This document shows positions 49,551 through 60,158 of a stretch of 64,000 bases of DNA, one piece after another. Below the pieces are notes generated by a model. That model was given only the letters and a program-made list of their open reading frames with translations. It was not told where the DNA came from and made no database searches. The translations under genes and the position numbers were made by a program. How positions within the stretch are numbered: the stretch's first letter is position 1; each line of letters starts with the position of its first letter. The DNA lies in contig JAOKFZ010000006.1 of the NCBI GenBank assembly GCA_028247315.1, forward strand, positions 1,403 through 65,402, written 5' to 3'. Source of the DNA: Bacteroidia bacterium (GTDB lineage Bacteria; Bacteroidota; Bacteroidia; NS11-12g; UBA9320).

Positions 49551-50796
49551 AAGTAGAATTGATACCATAAGCCTCGTTCTCTTTGTGGTTATAGCAGCAG
49601 TCGGCGTCGCAAGTGTTTATTCTGCTACTTATGAGTTAGGAGCAGAATCTATATTGGAAGGTAGAAGTGGCAAGCAGCTTATGTGGTTTGGTGTTTCTGC
49701 AGCCATTGGCGTAATTATTTTCTTACTAAATGCCAACTTTTTTGAGCTTTTTAGTATGTACTTCTATGTCGCACTTATGTTGCTCTTAGTAGTGGTTCTC
49801 GGTATCGGTTCAGATATTAATGGAGCACGTTCTTGGATCAAAATAGGTTCGATAAGTATACAGCCTTCCGAGTTTGCTAAATATGGTACTGCCTTTGCAG
49901 TAGCTACTTTGCTTAGTAATATTGATTTTTCTTGGAATAGGGGTAAAGACCTCATCAAAATTGCAACTGTTATACTTATTCCAATGGGGCTCATAGTTCT
50001 ACAAGGAGATACAGGATCTGCATTAGTCTTTCTTAGTTTCTTTTTGGTGTTTTATCGTGAAGGACTCACGCCAACCATCTTAGTTATTGGTCTTGTGGCT
50101 ATTCTTGTTTTCGTGCTTACGCTAGTGTTTACATCCCTATACTTCAGTTGTGGGACAGCTGTATTGTTCCTTATTTTTCATGCATTTACCTATAGTAATA
50201 AAAAACTGCTGGTACCAAGCTTGAAAATTTTAGGAATTGTAGTATTGTTTAGCTTAAGCGTACAGTTTTTGTTTGATAATGTGCTGCAAAAACATCAGCA
50301 AAAACGTATTCAAGTTACATTAAACTTAATAGAAGACAATCAAGGAGCAGGATACAACGTAAACCAAAGTAAAATAGCAATTGGTTCAGGTGGAGCATCT
50401 GGAAAAGGTTTTTTGAATGGTTCTCATACAAAAGGCAATTTTATCCCTGAGCAAGAGACAGACTTTATCTTTTGTACTATTGGTGAAGAAGGTGGATGGA
50501 TATATAGCTCACTGACTATTGGTTTATTTATGGCCTTTATTCTCAGACTATATCATTTAGGCAATAGAGCCAAGAAAAAGTTTAAGCGAATATTTATATC
50601 CTCGCTAGCATCTATTATTTTCTTTCATGTTCTGGTGAATGTGGGAATGACCATAGGTCTTATGCCTGTTATAGGTATACCGTTGCCACTCATTTCTTAT
50701 GGAGGCTCGTCTGTATTGGCCTTTTGTATTTTTATTCTAACAGCACTTAAAATGGACGCCTCTAGAGACGGAGATTTAGTATCAGCATACGCATGA
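49540..50796 (+). CDS. rodA: Rod shape-determining protein RodA
   Basis: GARSWI, IQPSEFAK, QGDTGSA, PEQETDFIF and PLPLISYGGSS motifs. Confidence 0.94.
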   Translation: MESKSRIDTISLVLFVVIAAVGVASVYSATYELGAESILEGRSGKQLMWFGVSAAIGVIIFLLNANFFELFSMYFYVALMLLLVVVLGIGSDINGARSWIKIGSISIQPSEFAKYGTAFAVATLLSNIDFSWNRGKDLIKIATVILIPMGLIVLQGDTGSALVFLSFFLVFYREGLTPTILVIGLVAILVFVLTLVFTSLYFSCGTAVLFLIFHAFTYSNKKLLVPSLKILGIVVLFSLSVQFLFDNVLQKHQQKRIQVTLNLIEDNQGAGYNVNQSKIAIGSGGASGKGFLNGSHTKGNFIPEQETDFIFCTIGEEGGWIYSSLTIGLFMAFILRLYHLGNRAKKKFKRIFISSLASIIFFHVLVNVGMTIGLMPVIGIPLPLISYGGSSVLAFCIFILTALKMDASRDGDLVSAYA

Positions 50797-51434
50797 CAAA
50801 AGTACATCAACTCACATACGGTCCCTTTGGAGAAAACACCTATCTCATTGTAGATCAAAATAATAATGCTTTGGTTATTGATCCGGGGATGTATTACCCG
50901 GAGGAAAATGCTAGAATATTTGAGTATCTCAATGCTCAACAGATAAAACCAACTCGACTTGTACTTACACACGCTCATTTAGATCATGTCTTTGGAGTAA
51001 ATTGGTTTCACACCCATCATAATCTAACGCCAGAAGTACATATAGCTGAGAAGATGGTGTATGATAGTGCACAAGCAGTAGCTATGCAGTATGGTCTTAG
51101 TATGGAGCCTTTGGTTCCTCCAAAGGTTGGCTTGGTAGAAGGAGAGGCAATAGTGTTTGGTGGTGCTACATTCAAAATCCTGTTTGTACCAGGGCATTCG
51201 CCTGGGAGCGTTTGTTTTTACAATGAAAAAGAGAAATACGTTATAGGTGGAGATGTTCTCTTTCAAGGAAGTATTGGTAGAACAGATTTGCCCGGAGGAG
51301 ATTTTGATACACTCATTAGGAGCATACGAACGCAATTATTTGCTTTGCCAGATGATGTGGTAGTCTATAGCGGTCATGGACCACTTACTACTATTGGCCA
51401 AGAAAAGATAAGTAACCCTTTTTTACACAATTAA
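50793..51434 (+). CDS. MBL-fold metallo-hydrolase (glyoxalase II/YcbL-like)
   Basis: THAHLDH, PGHSPG, GDVLF..GRTD and GHG motifs. Confidence 0.9.
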   Translation: MTKVHQLTYGPFGENTYLIVDQNNNALVIDPGMYYPEENARIFEYLNAQQIKPTRLVLTHAHLDHVFGVNWFHTHHNLTPEVHIAEKMVYDSAQAVAMQYGLSMEPLVPPKVGLVEGEAIVFGGATFKILFVPGHSPGSVCFYNEKEKYVIGGDVLFQGSIGRTDLPGGDFDTLIRSIRTQLFALPDDVVVYSGHGPLTTIGQEKISNPFLHN

Positions 51435-51457
51435 TCAGCATCTACTTCGTAGAAATA

Positions 51458-51489
51458 AAAAAAGACCAATCATTTGATTGGTCTTTTTT
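51458..51489. terminator. Bidirectional terminator between the MBL hydrolase and porV
   Basis: AAAAAAGACCAATC-ATTT-GATTGGTCTTTTTT. Confidence 0.85.
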
Positions 51490-51508
51490 AGATTAAGATC
51501 TTTGTAAT

Positions 51509-52771
51509 TTACTTCTGATTTTTGAATGCATCTATGTCAAACAAAAGGCTGAAACGGATAGTGTTTTGTAGCGGATGTCTGTTGGTGAATGGTTGCAAAT
51601 AAGCTGCATCAATTTGGAACACCTTATATTTTAGACCAGCACCAAATGTAGCGTACTTACGTGCTCCTTTCGTTTCTGCCTCGTGAAAGTATCCTGCTCT
51701 AAGAGCGAATTGCTTGGCATACCAATACTCAGCACCTACAGATATAGTAAATTCTCTAAGTTCCTCTCCGAAACCTCCTGGAGCATCTCCAAAAGAAGAA
51801 AGCACTCCATTTAGTACGGGTCCATCATTTATTACTCTACCTGTTATTATATCATTGTTATCTCCGTCTTGAACTCGATTACCATTACTGTCTAATTGGA
51901 AAGTATACTGAGGAGTAGGGACTAAAAGCTTGTTGAAATCAACTCCAAACCCTATTTCATTGTATTCATCCACTTGTGTTTTCCAAAAAGTACCTAACCG
52001 CAGGTTTACAGGAATAAAATCTCCCTTAGCTTCAGTGGTATTGGTATATGTTATTTTATTTCCAATGTTGCTTATGTTTCCCCCTATGGTGAAGTCAAAA
52101 TCTTTGCCTCCTATTTTGGTGTTATTCATATAGGTCATAGAAATATCTCCCGCACCAGCGAGTCCAGCCTTAATTTCTGCAGCACTTATTCCTGCACTAC
52201 CTCTTGCCAGGTTAGAGTAGATAAACCTCAACGCTATACCGAGTGATAGATTATTCGAAAGTTTACGAGCATATGCACCATCCACAGCAAATTCTACTGG
52301 CTCAGCTACACCTTGTGGAGTACCTACAGCATCTGTAAATTGTATCTCGCCAAGAGTGAAATAACGCAACGAAGCTGCAACTGTACTTTTGTCATCTATT
52401 CGTTTATAACCACTCATATAGTAGAACCATATGTCTGGTACCAGTGAGCGTAGCCAAGGAGCAGCAGATATAGATAGTCCTGCATCATCTTCTATAAATG
52501 CGAGTTTAGAAGGATTCCAATGAATAGAGTTTGCATCTGCAGATGTTGCCACTCCTAAATCTCCCATTGCGGCAGCTCTAGAGTCAGGCGATATAAGTAG
52601 AAATGGAGCTGCAGTGGTTATAACGTTACGCTGTCCGAGCAAGTCTTTATTGGTATTTACCGTTTGAGCATTTACTATGTTTAGTGTGCAAATCGCTGCT
52701 AATAGAACTAGATACTTTTTCAATGTTTTTAGGTTTAAGAGCAAATGTATGATTAATTTTTTTTGGATCAC
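51509..52771 (-). CDS. porV: T9SS outer-membrane shuttle PorV
   Basis: ITTAAPFLLISPDSRAAAMGD, WNPSKLAF, PWLRSLV, ALRAGYFHE and NTIRFSL motifs; directly downstream of porU. Confidence 0.93.
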   Translation of the reverse strand: MIQKKLIIHLLLNLKTLKKYLVLLAAICTLNIVNAQTVNTNKDLLGQRNVITTAAPFLLISPDSRAAAMGDLGVATSADANSIHWNPSKLAFIEDDAGLSISAAPWLRSLVPDIWFYYMSGYKRIDDKSTVAASLRYFTLGEIQFTDAVGTPQGVAEPVEFAVDGAYARKLSNNLSLGIALRFIYSNLARGSAGISAAEIKAGLAGAGDISMTYMNNTKIGGKDFDFTIGGNISNIGNKITYTNTTEAKGDFIPVNLRLGTFWKTQVDEYNEIGFGVDFNKLLVPTPQYTFQLDSNGNRVQDGDNNDIITGRVINDGPVLNGVLSSFGDAPGGFGEELREFTISVGAEYWYAKQFALRAGYFHEAETKGARKYATFGAGLKYKVFQIDAAYLQPFTNRHPLQNTIRFSLLFDIDAFKNQK

Positions 52772-55700
52772 TTTATGATATAAAGTTTTTCTGTTTTTGA
52801 TTCGGTGGTGCCGTCTTCAGCTTTTACACTGAGGGAATATAAATATACACCACGGCCTATAGGATCACCGTAATCATCACGGCCGTCCCATGCAATAGAT
52901 TGAGAGTGAGCAGGAGCATTTGGTATGTCCTGCGTTATGTTTTTTATGACCCTTCCGGTTACACTCATTATGCTTAGGTTTACAACTAAGCTTTGTCCAG
53001 ATTTATTGTGGTCAAAGTGAAAGTTTGTGTACGAAGTAAAAGGATTTGGGTAGTTAAGTAGATTGTTTACCTGAATACCCTCGACATCTGCTACTTCAAA
53101 TTCGGTGTAAGCTTCTGCAGAGTTATTATACACATCCCATACTTTCAGGCTTAGCGTATGTCTTCCTGTTGGTAATTCTTCAAAAGGATATTCTATTCTA
53201 CCTGCTTGGTAACTATTTAGATCAGGTTTGTAGTAGTCATTGAGGACGATAGTCTTTTCAGCGTCCGTACCTTTATCCAGTATGGCTATCATTTCTCGTC
53301 CTATACCACTGCCTATAGTATTTACACCATTACTATCACTCAATCGAGCAATCAAGAGCGGAGTGAAAGATGTTGCACCTCCAAATACCCATGACTCATC
53401 GTCAATAAATAGTTCCAGTTCGTCAAACTTTGTATCTATAAGGCTACTATCAGATGTGCCACCTACGAAATAGTTGAGCTCTGTGCCTCCAGCGTGCTCT
53501 AGCCCGTCTGCTGCGTAATACGATAGTTTGCCATATCCTATGTTGTAGGCAATATCCTTTGGCACTACAAACTGGAATTTAAATTTACCATTGACAGCAC
53601 TTACTGTCCCTTTATATATTATCCTGTTCTGTTCTTGAAACTCAATTGGATAACTGTATGGATCATTGCCAAAGGTCTTATATGTTGACGGCTTATCATA
53701 AAAAGTGGGGAAGACTTCTCCATTAAAATCAGTAACTACTTGATTTGATTTGTCCCGAATTTCTCCTTCTATAGTGACAAGTTCTAGCGCATTGAGCGTA
53801 TCGTGCAATTCACTATTGGTATCAGTGAATAGCCCAACGGGTACATTGTTGATAGCTGAAGTCACAACTTTATGCTCTGGATATAACAGACGCATTGCAG
53901 GATCTGCCAGTAGTATAAAACATCGCTTATTGGTGCTTTCTCTATCGTCTGCATTTCGCATCGCTTTGTATGCATCTCCTAGTGTTGGTAATTTACTATT
54001 TTGAGCACGCAACAGATTTCCGTTTACCAGTTGGGTATTTAGTTGTGTATTTTGGCCTATGTATACCACGCGAGTGGTAGCGAGCATGCCCACAGCACCT
54101 CCATTAGGATTCAGAAGCATTAGTTCTCCTGGAGACTCAATTTCTAGATTATCTATTTTTGCTAGTTCACAACTTGCTGTTATATAGAAAGATAACTTGT
54201 CATAATTATCCCAAGCCATTATTTCTGGTCGAGTGACTACACGCTCGTGAGCCATTCCGTTTTCGCCACCGTGGCCTACATAGTTAAATATGAGTGTACC
54301 CTGATTACTTATCATGTTGGTCACTTCTTCGTTTACTTGAGGATATTTATTTCCGCTACCAAAAGAAACTTGCTCATAAGCATCCATCCATATTTTTTTG
54401 ATGTTGTACTCAGGACTTTCATATGCGATAGCGTTAGTCATGCTTTCAGATGGTCCTAAGTGTTGATTCTGATTTTCATCATCTGCCAAAAAAGTAATTG
54501 TCTGTATCCAGTTTCCTCTGCTAGAAGCACTATGGTAGTGTAATATTTTATCTACCAATATTTTTGCCTCACTACTATTGCTAGCAGGGAGTCTACCTAC
54601 ACCTATGTCCAAGGCTTCATCTCTAGAGTTTAACCCCCAAAAACCTTCGTTACTATCTAATATGGCGTAGTAATCATCTGAGCAATAGGAAGAAGGAGGA
54701 AAATTGCTCTCGAAGCTCTGATAGGTAGGCACTACATTTGAATTATTTGCCTCAAGGTCTTTGTAGTCGTAGCTAGCGTCTCCAAATAGGAGTATGTATT
54801 TTAATGTACGCTCTGCTTCTGGTAGGTGACCACGATCATATATTAACTTCGTGAAATCTCTTATTCCAGTTACATCCTGAGTGCCACTTGAAAACTCATT
54901 GTATATTTGTTGTGCTGTAAATACAGATACAAATAGACCATTGTCTCGATGAAAGTCTGCTAGTCTATTTGCTTGATCTAATAAATCTGTCCGCGTAACT
55001 ATTAGGTAGTCTATATCCTTTGTAGCATGTAAGTTCTGATTTGTAACTTTCTCAACATATTCTGGTGTACCGCAATTCGCTGGTTGAAAAAGTATGAACT
55101 CAGGTGGAGAGTAGGCAACTACATTCTCTGCAGTAAAAGCAACTCCAGATCCTTCTGTGTACGTTGTTTGTATGCTAGGGATGTTTTGGGTGCTAATACC
55201 CCAAATTTCATAGCCATCATTGTACGGGGCTAAACTGTATTTTATGTTTCCTCCAAGCCCATTACTTCTCGTCCTAATTATTTGTTGCGATTCAAATGTG
55301 CCGAGTTTTCGAGGCACAGAGAGTACAAAGTAGTCGATCCATGCAGCTGCTTCGTTTAGCGTCTTTTGGTAGTTATAATTTAGGCTAATGCTATTGCTAG
55401 AAGTGGTGCGGCTTCTTACTGTAGTGATGGCATTTGAGCCGAATATAGCATCGTAATCCCCTTTTACGGTATTGTATCCGATCGTTGCAGCGTTGCTATC
55501 ATTCAAAGCAATACGCATACTGCTATTAAAACCGTTCAGAGAACGAGCCATAGTTACCGTATTCAACAATATCTTTTTTCCTGGTATTACTCCAGTTATA
55601 TTATAGTCAAAGGTTTTTGTTGTGCTAATTTGCATCTTGTCTCCCCACCATTTTCTCCCAGATTTAATGTGGTTCTCTGCATTTTCCTCGTGATAGATGA

Positions 55701-56664
55701 GATGATCATAGCCAGTGATGGTATTGCTCGCTGATATGCTTTGTCCATTAGATTTAGTGGCTATTCGCTTACCGGGGCCCTTGTCCCAGTTGAGGTAGTA
55801 GTAAGATGCTATGTCAAAGTCGTGTCCTTCGGCAGCATAGCTAGCCGAGCTTGCTTGATAAAACAACCTATTGGGGCCAGAGGCGTACCACAAAAAATAA
55901 TCATCGCCGTCCATTTTGTTATTGTTGTTGTTGTCTATTGCTTTTATAGCATTCTCTTGGAGGTCTTCAGCTCGTTCCTCTTTTATAGGTTCTGGGAGCA
56001 TAGTGCCACCATTACCATATATTCTAAAGTCAGACATAGATATACTGCTTGGGTTACCACCTATTGCACGTATAAAACTAGCATCTATTTTATATACCCC
56101 ATCTTGTGCTATGCGTATTTTATAAAAATCACCACTAGATAATACCGACTCATAGGTGTGATCTTTTTTGGTTTTATTATTCTGAAATCTTGAGATAGCA
56201 TTTGGAATCGTTTTTATGTCCCATTCAAAAGAGGTAAGGTACTCGGTTTTACTTCCATTGTTGCGAATAGGTGTAAGTACTATTCTTAGGTAGGGAATTC
56301 CATTTTCTGTAGTTGTCATTTGTTCTATAGCATATTCATTTTTAAGGTAATCATGAAGTCTAGTGTCTTCAGATATAGAACTAGTCGTGTTTTTTATTTG
56401 GGCAGAAACAACCTGTTGTGCACTAAGGTTAATTTTGGTAGAAAGATAAGGGGTGTTGTATGCATAGTCTTTCGTGTTTTCGGCAAAACACTCTTTGCAC
56501 ATATAGGGAGATACAATTTGCCTTATTCCAAGCTCCGTATTCTGAGCTGTATTCTGAGCTACCTCCCATGACAAAAAGATTTTATCTGACTGTGCAGCAG
56601 TCTTTTGATTAAAGCCAAAAGAAACGGCAATGAGTAAAAAAAGTATCTTCAATTTAAAGGTCAT
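52768..56664 (-). CDS. porU: T9SS sortase PorU (C25 family)
   Basis: SVLSSGDFYKI, LLFGDASYDYK, catalytic NYVGHGG and ITASC; C-terminal NYPNPF..WDGRDDYG..GVYLY. Confidence 0.93.
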   Translation of the reverse strand: MTFKLKILFLLIAVSFGFNQKTAAQSDKIFLSWEVAQNTAQNTELGIRQIVSPYMCKECFAENTKDYAYNTPYLSTKINLSAQQVVSAQIKNTTSSISEDTRLHDYLKNEYAIEQMTTTENGIPYLRIVLTPIRNNGSKTEYLTSFEWDIKTIPNAISRFQNNKTKKDHTYESVLSSGDFYKIRIAQDGVYKIDASFIRAIGGNPSSISMSDFRIYGNGGTMLPEPIKEERAEDLQENAIKAIDNNNNNKMDGDDYFLWYASGPNRLFYQASSASYAAEGHDFDIASYYYLNWDKGPGKRIATKSNGQSISASNTITGYDHLIYHEENAENHIKSGRKWWGDKMQISTTKTFDYNITGVIPGKKILLNTVTMARSLNGFNSSMRIALNDSNAATIGYNTVKGDYDAIFGSNAITTVRSRTTSSNSISLNYNYQKTLNEAAAWIDYFVLSVPRKLGTFESQQIIRTRSNGLGGNIKYSLAPYNDGYEIWGISTQNIPSIQTTYTEGSGVAFTAENVVAYSPPEFILFQPANCGTPEYVEKVTNQNLHATKDIDYLIVTRTDLLDQANRLADFHRDNGLFVSVFTAQQIYNEFSSGTQDVTGIRDFTKLIYDRGHLPEAERTLKYILLFGDASYDYKDLEANNSNVVPTYQSFESNFPPSSYCSDDYYAILDSNEGFWGLNSRDEALDIGVGRLPASNSSEAKILVDKILHYHSASSRGNWIQTITFLADDENQNQHLGPSESMTNAIAYESPEYNIKKIWMDAYEQVSFGSGNKYPQVNEEVTNMISNQGTLIFNYVGHGGENGMAHERVVTRPEIMAWDNYDKLSFYITASCELAKIDNLEIESPGELMLLNPNGGAVGMLATTRVVYIGQNTQLNTQLVNGNLLRAQNSKLPTLGDAYKAMRNADDRESTNKRCFILLADPAMRLLYPEHKVVTSAINNVPVGLFTDTNSELHDTLNALELVTIEGEIRDKSNQVVTDFNGEVFPTFYDKPSTYKTFGNDPYSYPIEFQEQNRIIYKGTVSAVNGKFKFQFVVPKDIAYNIGYGKLSYYAADGLEHAGGTELNYFVGGTSDSSLIDTKFDELELFIDDESWVFGGATSFTPLLIARLSDSNGVNTIGSGIGREMIAILDKGTDAEKTIVLNDYYKPDLNSYQAGRIEYPFEELPTGRHTLSLKVWDVYNNSAEAYTEFEVADVEGIQVNNLLNYPNPFTSYTNFHFDHNKSGQSLVVNLSIMSVTGRVIKNITQDIPNAPAHSQSIAWDGRDDYGDPIGRGVYLYSLSVKAEDGTTESKTEKLYIIK

Positions 56665-56827
56665 GCTATCTTAATTATTCTTGTTCGGTTGAATCTCTAA
56701 CAATATTACGTCTGATTTTATTGTGCATTACATACATAAATTCAAAAGTGACACAATAATTATATTTTAACGTCGTATAGTAATAAATGTTCTATATTTG
56801 TTGATTATAGAAGAGAAGAGAAGTGAG

Positions 56828-57820
56828 ATGAGAAAGATAAAAACTACTGTTTTTTTAATGATGAGTGTGATAGCGTCGTTCCACGTGCAGGCTCAAGATC
56901 CTGAATTTACACAATTCTACGCTGCACCGATATACACAAACCCAGCAATGGCAGGTACTGGAACCTGCGGTGGAGGAGGTAGAGCCGTATTGAACTATAG
57001 AAATCAATGGCCATCTCTCCCAGGTACTTTTATTACAACAAGTGCTAGTTACGACCAGCACTTTGATAAAATAGGTGGAGGCATCTCGTTAATGATATTA
57101 GACGACAGAGCGGGAGAAGGACTGCTTCGTAGTCAAAGCGTTTCTGCCGGATACGCTTTCCAATTGCCAGTGACCAAAAAATTTACCATGCGTTTTGGAA
57201 TAGAAGGACAATATGGTCAACGCAGTATAGACTGGGAACGTCTTCGTTTTGAAGATCAGATTGATCCAAGTGCAGGTTTTGTAAATCCAACTAGTGAGCC
57301 ATTTGTAAGAGACCCTGTCAACTATGCAAATTTTGCTGCCGGAGTTCTAGGATACTCAGAAAGATTTTATGCGGGTATAGCTGTGCATAACCTTATCGAG
57401 CCAGTTCAGTCATTTTTTTCAGACCCTGAAGCAATAATACCACGAAGATACACAGTGCACAGTGGAGTTGTGATACCATTGGATGGACGTAGAAATCCCG
57501 AAAGCACCATTTCGCCAAACGTATTATTCATGCTACAAAATAAATTTACGCAAATGAACATTGGTTTTTATTATAACAAAGGGCCATTGGTCACAGGTTT
57601 ATGGTTTAGACAGACATTTGGTGATTTTACCAACTCGGATGCACTAATAGCACTCGTTGGGTTTAGAAAAGACAAATTTAAATTTGGATATAGTTTTGAT
57701 TTAACGGTTTCAGATGCAAGATCTGCGGCACCTGTAAGTCATGAAATATCTGCCGGTATAGAATGGTGTGCTAAAAGGCCTAGTAGAAAGTACCGCAAGA
57801 TCTCTTGTCCCGATTTTTAA
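56828..57820 (+). CDS. PorP/SprF family T9SS outer-membrane protein
   Basis: QDPEFTQFY..NPAMAG, NYRNQW and FGYSFD..SHEI motifs. The track's TTG 56798 lies inside the TATATTTG promoter box (56793-56800), so ATG 56828 is preferred. Confidence 0.9.
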   Translation: MRKIKTTVFLMMSVIASFHVQAQDPEFTQFYAAPIYTNPAMAGTGTCGGGGRAVLNYRNQWPSLPGTFITTSASYDQHFDKIGGGISLMILDDRAGEGLLRSQSVSAGYAFQLPVTKKFTMRFGIEGQYGQRSIDWERLRFEDQIDPSAGFVNPTSEPFVRDPVNYANFAAGVLGYSERFYAGIAVHNLIEPVQSFFSDPEAIIPRRYTVHSGVVIPLDGRRNPESTISPNVLFMLQNKFTQMNIGFYYNKGPLVTGLWFRQTFGDFTNSDALIALVGFRKDKFKFGYSFDLTVSDARSAAPVSHEISAGIEWCAKRPSRKYRKISCPDF

Positions 57821-57898
57821 TTGAGCTTTGAAAAATGTATCATTGCACAATATTATCAACTCGATTACAGTTAATTACTTAAGGTTTTAAAAAATATT

Positions 57899-59323
57899 AT
57901 GAGGTTTAATAAATTCACGATAGGCTTACTTACTATGGCTCTAATGACCACAGTGGCCTGCAAGAAGGAGAAGTCTTCTAGCACAGGATGGGGTTACAAC
58001 GACTCCAAGTGGGGAGGTTTTGAAAAGCACGAATACGCTGGTCAAGAAACAGGACCTGGTCTTGTTCTTGTACATGGTGGTGCGTTTACCATGGGTTCGT
58101 CTGAGCAAGATGTTACTTATGAGCACAACAATATAGAAAGAAAAGTTTCTGTTCCCTCTTTTTATATGGATCAAACAGAGGTTACAAACAGCCACTACCG
58201 TGAATATGTATATTGGTTGAAAAGAGTGTATTTAGATTACCCAGAGGTAGCTGTAAACGCTTTACCTGATACGAATGCATGGAGATCTAGATTGGCCTAT
58301 AATGAGCCTTATGTAGATTATTACTACCGACACCCCGCTTATCAGGACTATCCAGTAGTCGGTGTGAATTGGCAACAAGCTACTGCCTATGCAGCTTGGA
58401 GAAGTGATCGTGTAAACGAGATGATTCTCATCAGAGAAGGTATCTTGGAACCAGATCCAGATCAAATAAATGAGGCTAACTTCAACACGCAAGCATATTA
58501 TGTAGGTCAGTCTGACGGACTTACACTAGGTAAGCACCAAATGAAGGACTATAAAGTAAAAAAAGGAGGTATTCGTCAAGTAAGAATGGAAGATGGTATA
58601 ATGTTACCGGAATACAGACTACCAACTGAGGCTGAGTGGGAATATGCTGCTGTTGCAAACATCGGTGCATCTACGTACGAAAATATAAACAATAAGAAAA
58701 TTTATTCGTGGGAAGGCCTTACTGTTAGATACAGTGGAGGTAAAGAACAAGATAGAGGTCTTATATATGGCAACATAAAAAGAGGAAAAGGTGACCAAGG
58801 TGGTATCGCAAATCGTCTGAACGATGGTGCACTTATTACTGCTCCTGTAGCTTCTTACTGGCCAAATGATGCTGGTCTCTACAATATGAGTGGAAACGTA
58901 TCTGAGTGGGTTATGGATGTATACCGTCCCTTATCATTAGAAGATATGAGTGATTTCAATTCTTTCCGTGGTAATGTATTTGATAAGGTTAGTTTAGACC
59001 AAGACGGTATAGTAGACTTGAAAGATAGTCTTGGAAGAGTTATGTATGTAGACGTAACAGAACAAGAGAATGTAGGACGTAGAAACTACAAAAGGGCTGA
59101 TAATATGGGCTACTTGGATGAAGAGTTGTACATGGACGGTGAGCAAGGATATGAGTATGGTGTAAGCACACTAGTAGACAACCAAGCTCGTGTATTCAAA
59201 GGTGGCTCTTGGAATGATCGTATCTATTGGGCTTCTCCTGGAACACGTCGCTTTTTAGATGAGCAGCAATCTACATCTACATTAGGTTTTCGTTGTGCAA
59301 TGCACAGAGTTGGAGCACCTTAG
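57899..59323 (+). CDS. gldJ: Gliding motility lipoprotein GldJ (FGE-sulfatase fold)
   Basis: Lipobox TVAC; STGWGYND..QETGPGLV..FYMDQTEVTN; YRLPTEAEWEYAA; GNVSEW; GFRCAM. Divergent from porU. Confidence 0.88.
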   Translation: MRFNKFTIGLLTMALMTTVACKKEKSSSTGWGYNDSKWGGFEKHEYAGQETGPGLVLVHGGAFTMGSSEQDVTYEHNNIERKVSVPSFYMDQTEVTNSHYREYVYWLKRVYLDYPEVAVNALPDTNAWRSRLAYNEPYVDYYYRHPAYQDYPVVGVNWQQATAYAAWRSDRVNEMILIREGILEPDPDQINEANFNTQAYYVGQSDGLTLGKHQMKDYKVKKGGIRQVRMEDGIMLPEYRLPTEAEWEYAAVANIGASTYENINNKKIYSWEGLTVRYSGGKEQDRGLIYGNIKRGKGDQGGIANRLNDGALITAPVASYWPNDAGLYNMSGNVSEWVMDVYRPLSLEDMSDFNSFRGNVFDKVSLDQDGIVDLKDSLGRVMYVDVTEQENVGRRNYKRADNMGYLDEELYMDGEQGYEYGVSTLVDNQARVFKGGSWNDRIYWASPGTRRFLDEQQSTSTLGFRCAMHRVGAP

Positions 59324-59370
59324 TAGTTCAGTTCTCGGCAAATACGCTGGGTAACGAAAAAAGATAGAAC

Positions 59371-59403
59371 AAATCCCAATCACGCAAGTGGTTGGGATTT
59401 TTT
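59371..59403 (+). terminator. Terminator after gldJ (shared hairpin family, copy 1)
   Basis: AAATCCCAATCAC-GCAA-GTGGTTGGGATTT plus T tract. Confidence 0.8.
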
Positions 59404-59584
59404 AATGTGATAGGTGCTATGAAATGGATTCTCACACTCTTATTGTTCTAGATTGGTTTGTTGATTTAATGTAATTAGCTAGTATGTCTTGCCGTGAATT
59501 TGTCAGCTAGTGTTGAGGCGGCTCGGCATATAAGTGATTTTATTCCTTGGAGAGGTTGGCGTTTCTGCTCCTTAAAGACACCAC

Positions 59585-59614
59585 AAAAAAAAGCACCACC
59601 TCGCGGCTGTGCTT
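59585..59614 (-). terminator. Terminator after the brxA/B gene
   Basis: Minus strand AAGCACAGCC-GCGA-GGTGGTGCTT followed by a T run. Confidence 0.7.
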
Positions 59615-59654
59615 CAGAATCATTGTAAGCTATATTAAACTCTTTAACGAGAGA

Positions 59655-60068
59655 CTAGCAATACTCCTTGTATACTTCTTGCAAGTGACTCGAAATCACT
59701 TCTGCACTACGCCCTTCTATATGGTGACGCTCTACAAAGTGTACTAGCTCGCCATCTTTGAATACCCCAATACTTGGGCTACTTGGAGGGTAAGGTAGTA
59801 AATGCTCTCTGGCAGCTGCTACAGCATCTGAATCTACTCCTGCAAATACAGTATATAAATTTTGTGGCTTTTTGTCTCCTCCAAGAGAAGCTACTGCACC
59901 TGGTCTGCAGGTACCAGCTGCACACCCACATACGCTATTTACGACAAGTAAGGAAGTGCCATCAGCACTAGCCAAAGCGATGTTTACTTGCTCAGCATCT
60001 CTAAGCTCGGTAAAACCATTATTTGTTAAATCTGCTCGCATTGGAGCAACTAATTCTTCTGGATACAT
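59655..60068 (-). CDS. BrxA/BrxB family bacilliredoxin
   Basis: MYPEELVAPMR, NSVCGCAAG (CGC), TVFAGVD, PPSSPS and RHHIEGR motifs. Confidence 0.92.
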   Translation of the reverse strand: MYPEELVAPMRADLTNNGFTELRDAEQVNIALASADGTSLLVVNSVCGCAAGTCRPGAVASLGGDKKPQNLYTVFAGVDSDAVAAAREHLLPYPPSSPSIGVFKDGELVHFVERHHIEGRSAEVISSHLQEVYKEYC

Positions 60069-60158
60069 AATATTATTTATTATTTATTGCAAATATGCAA
60101 CAATCTGGATGATTGGTTTGTTTAAGAAGTAGTAAATTTGCACCGCTAATTAAAAGTA

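Noticed and set aside
60069-60158. SAM/SAH riboswitch upstream of ahcY
   Set aside because: The -7 box is only 18 nt from the ATG, leaving no room for an aptamer.
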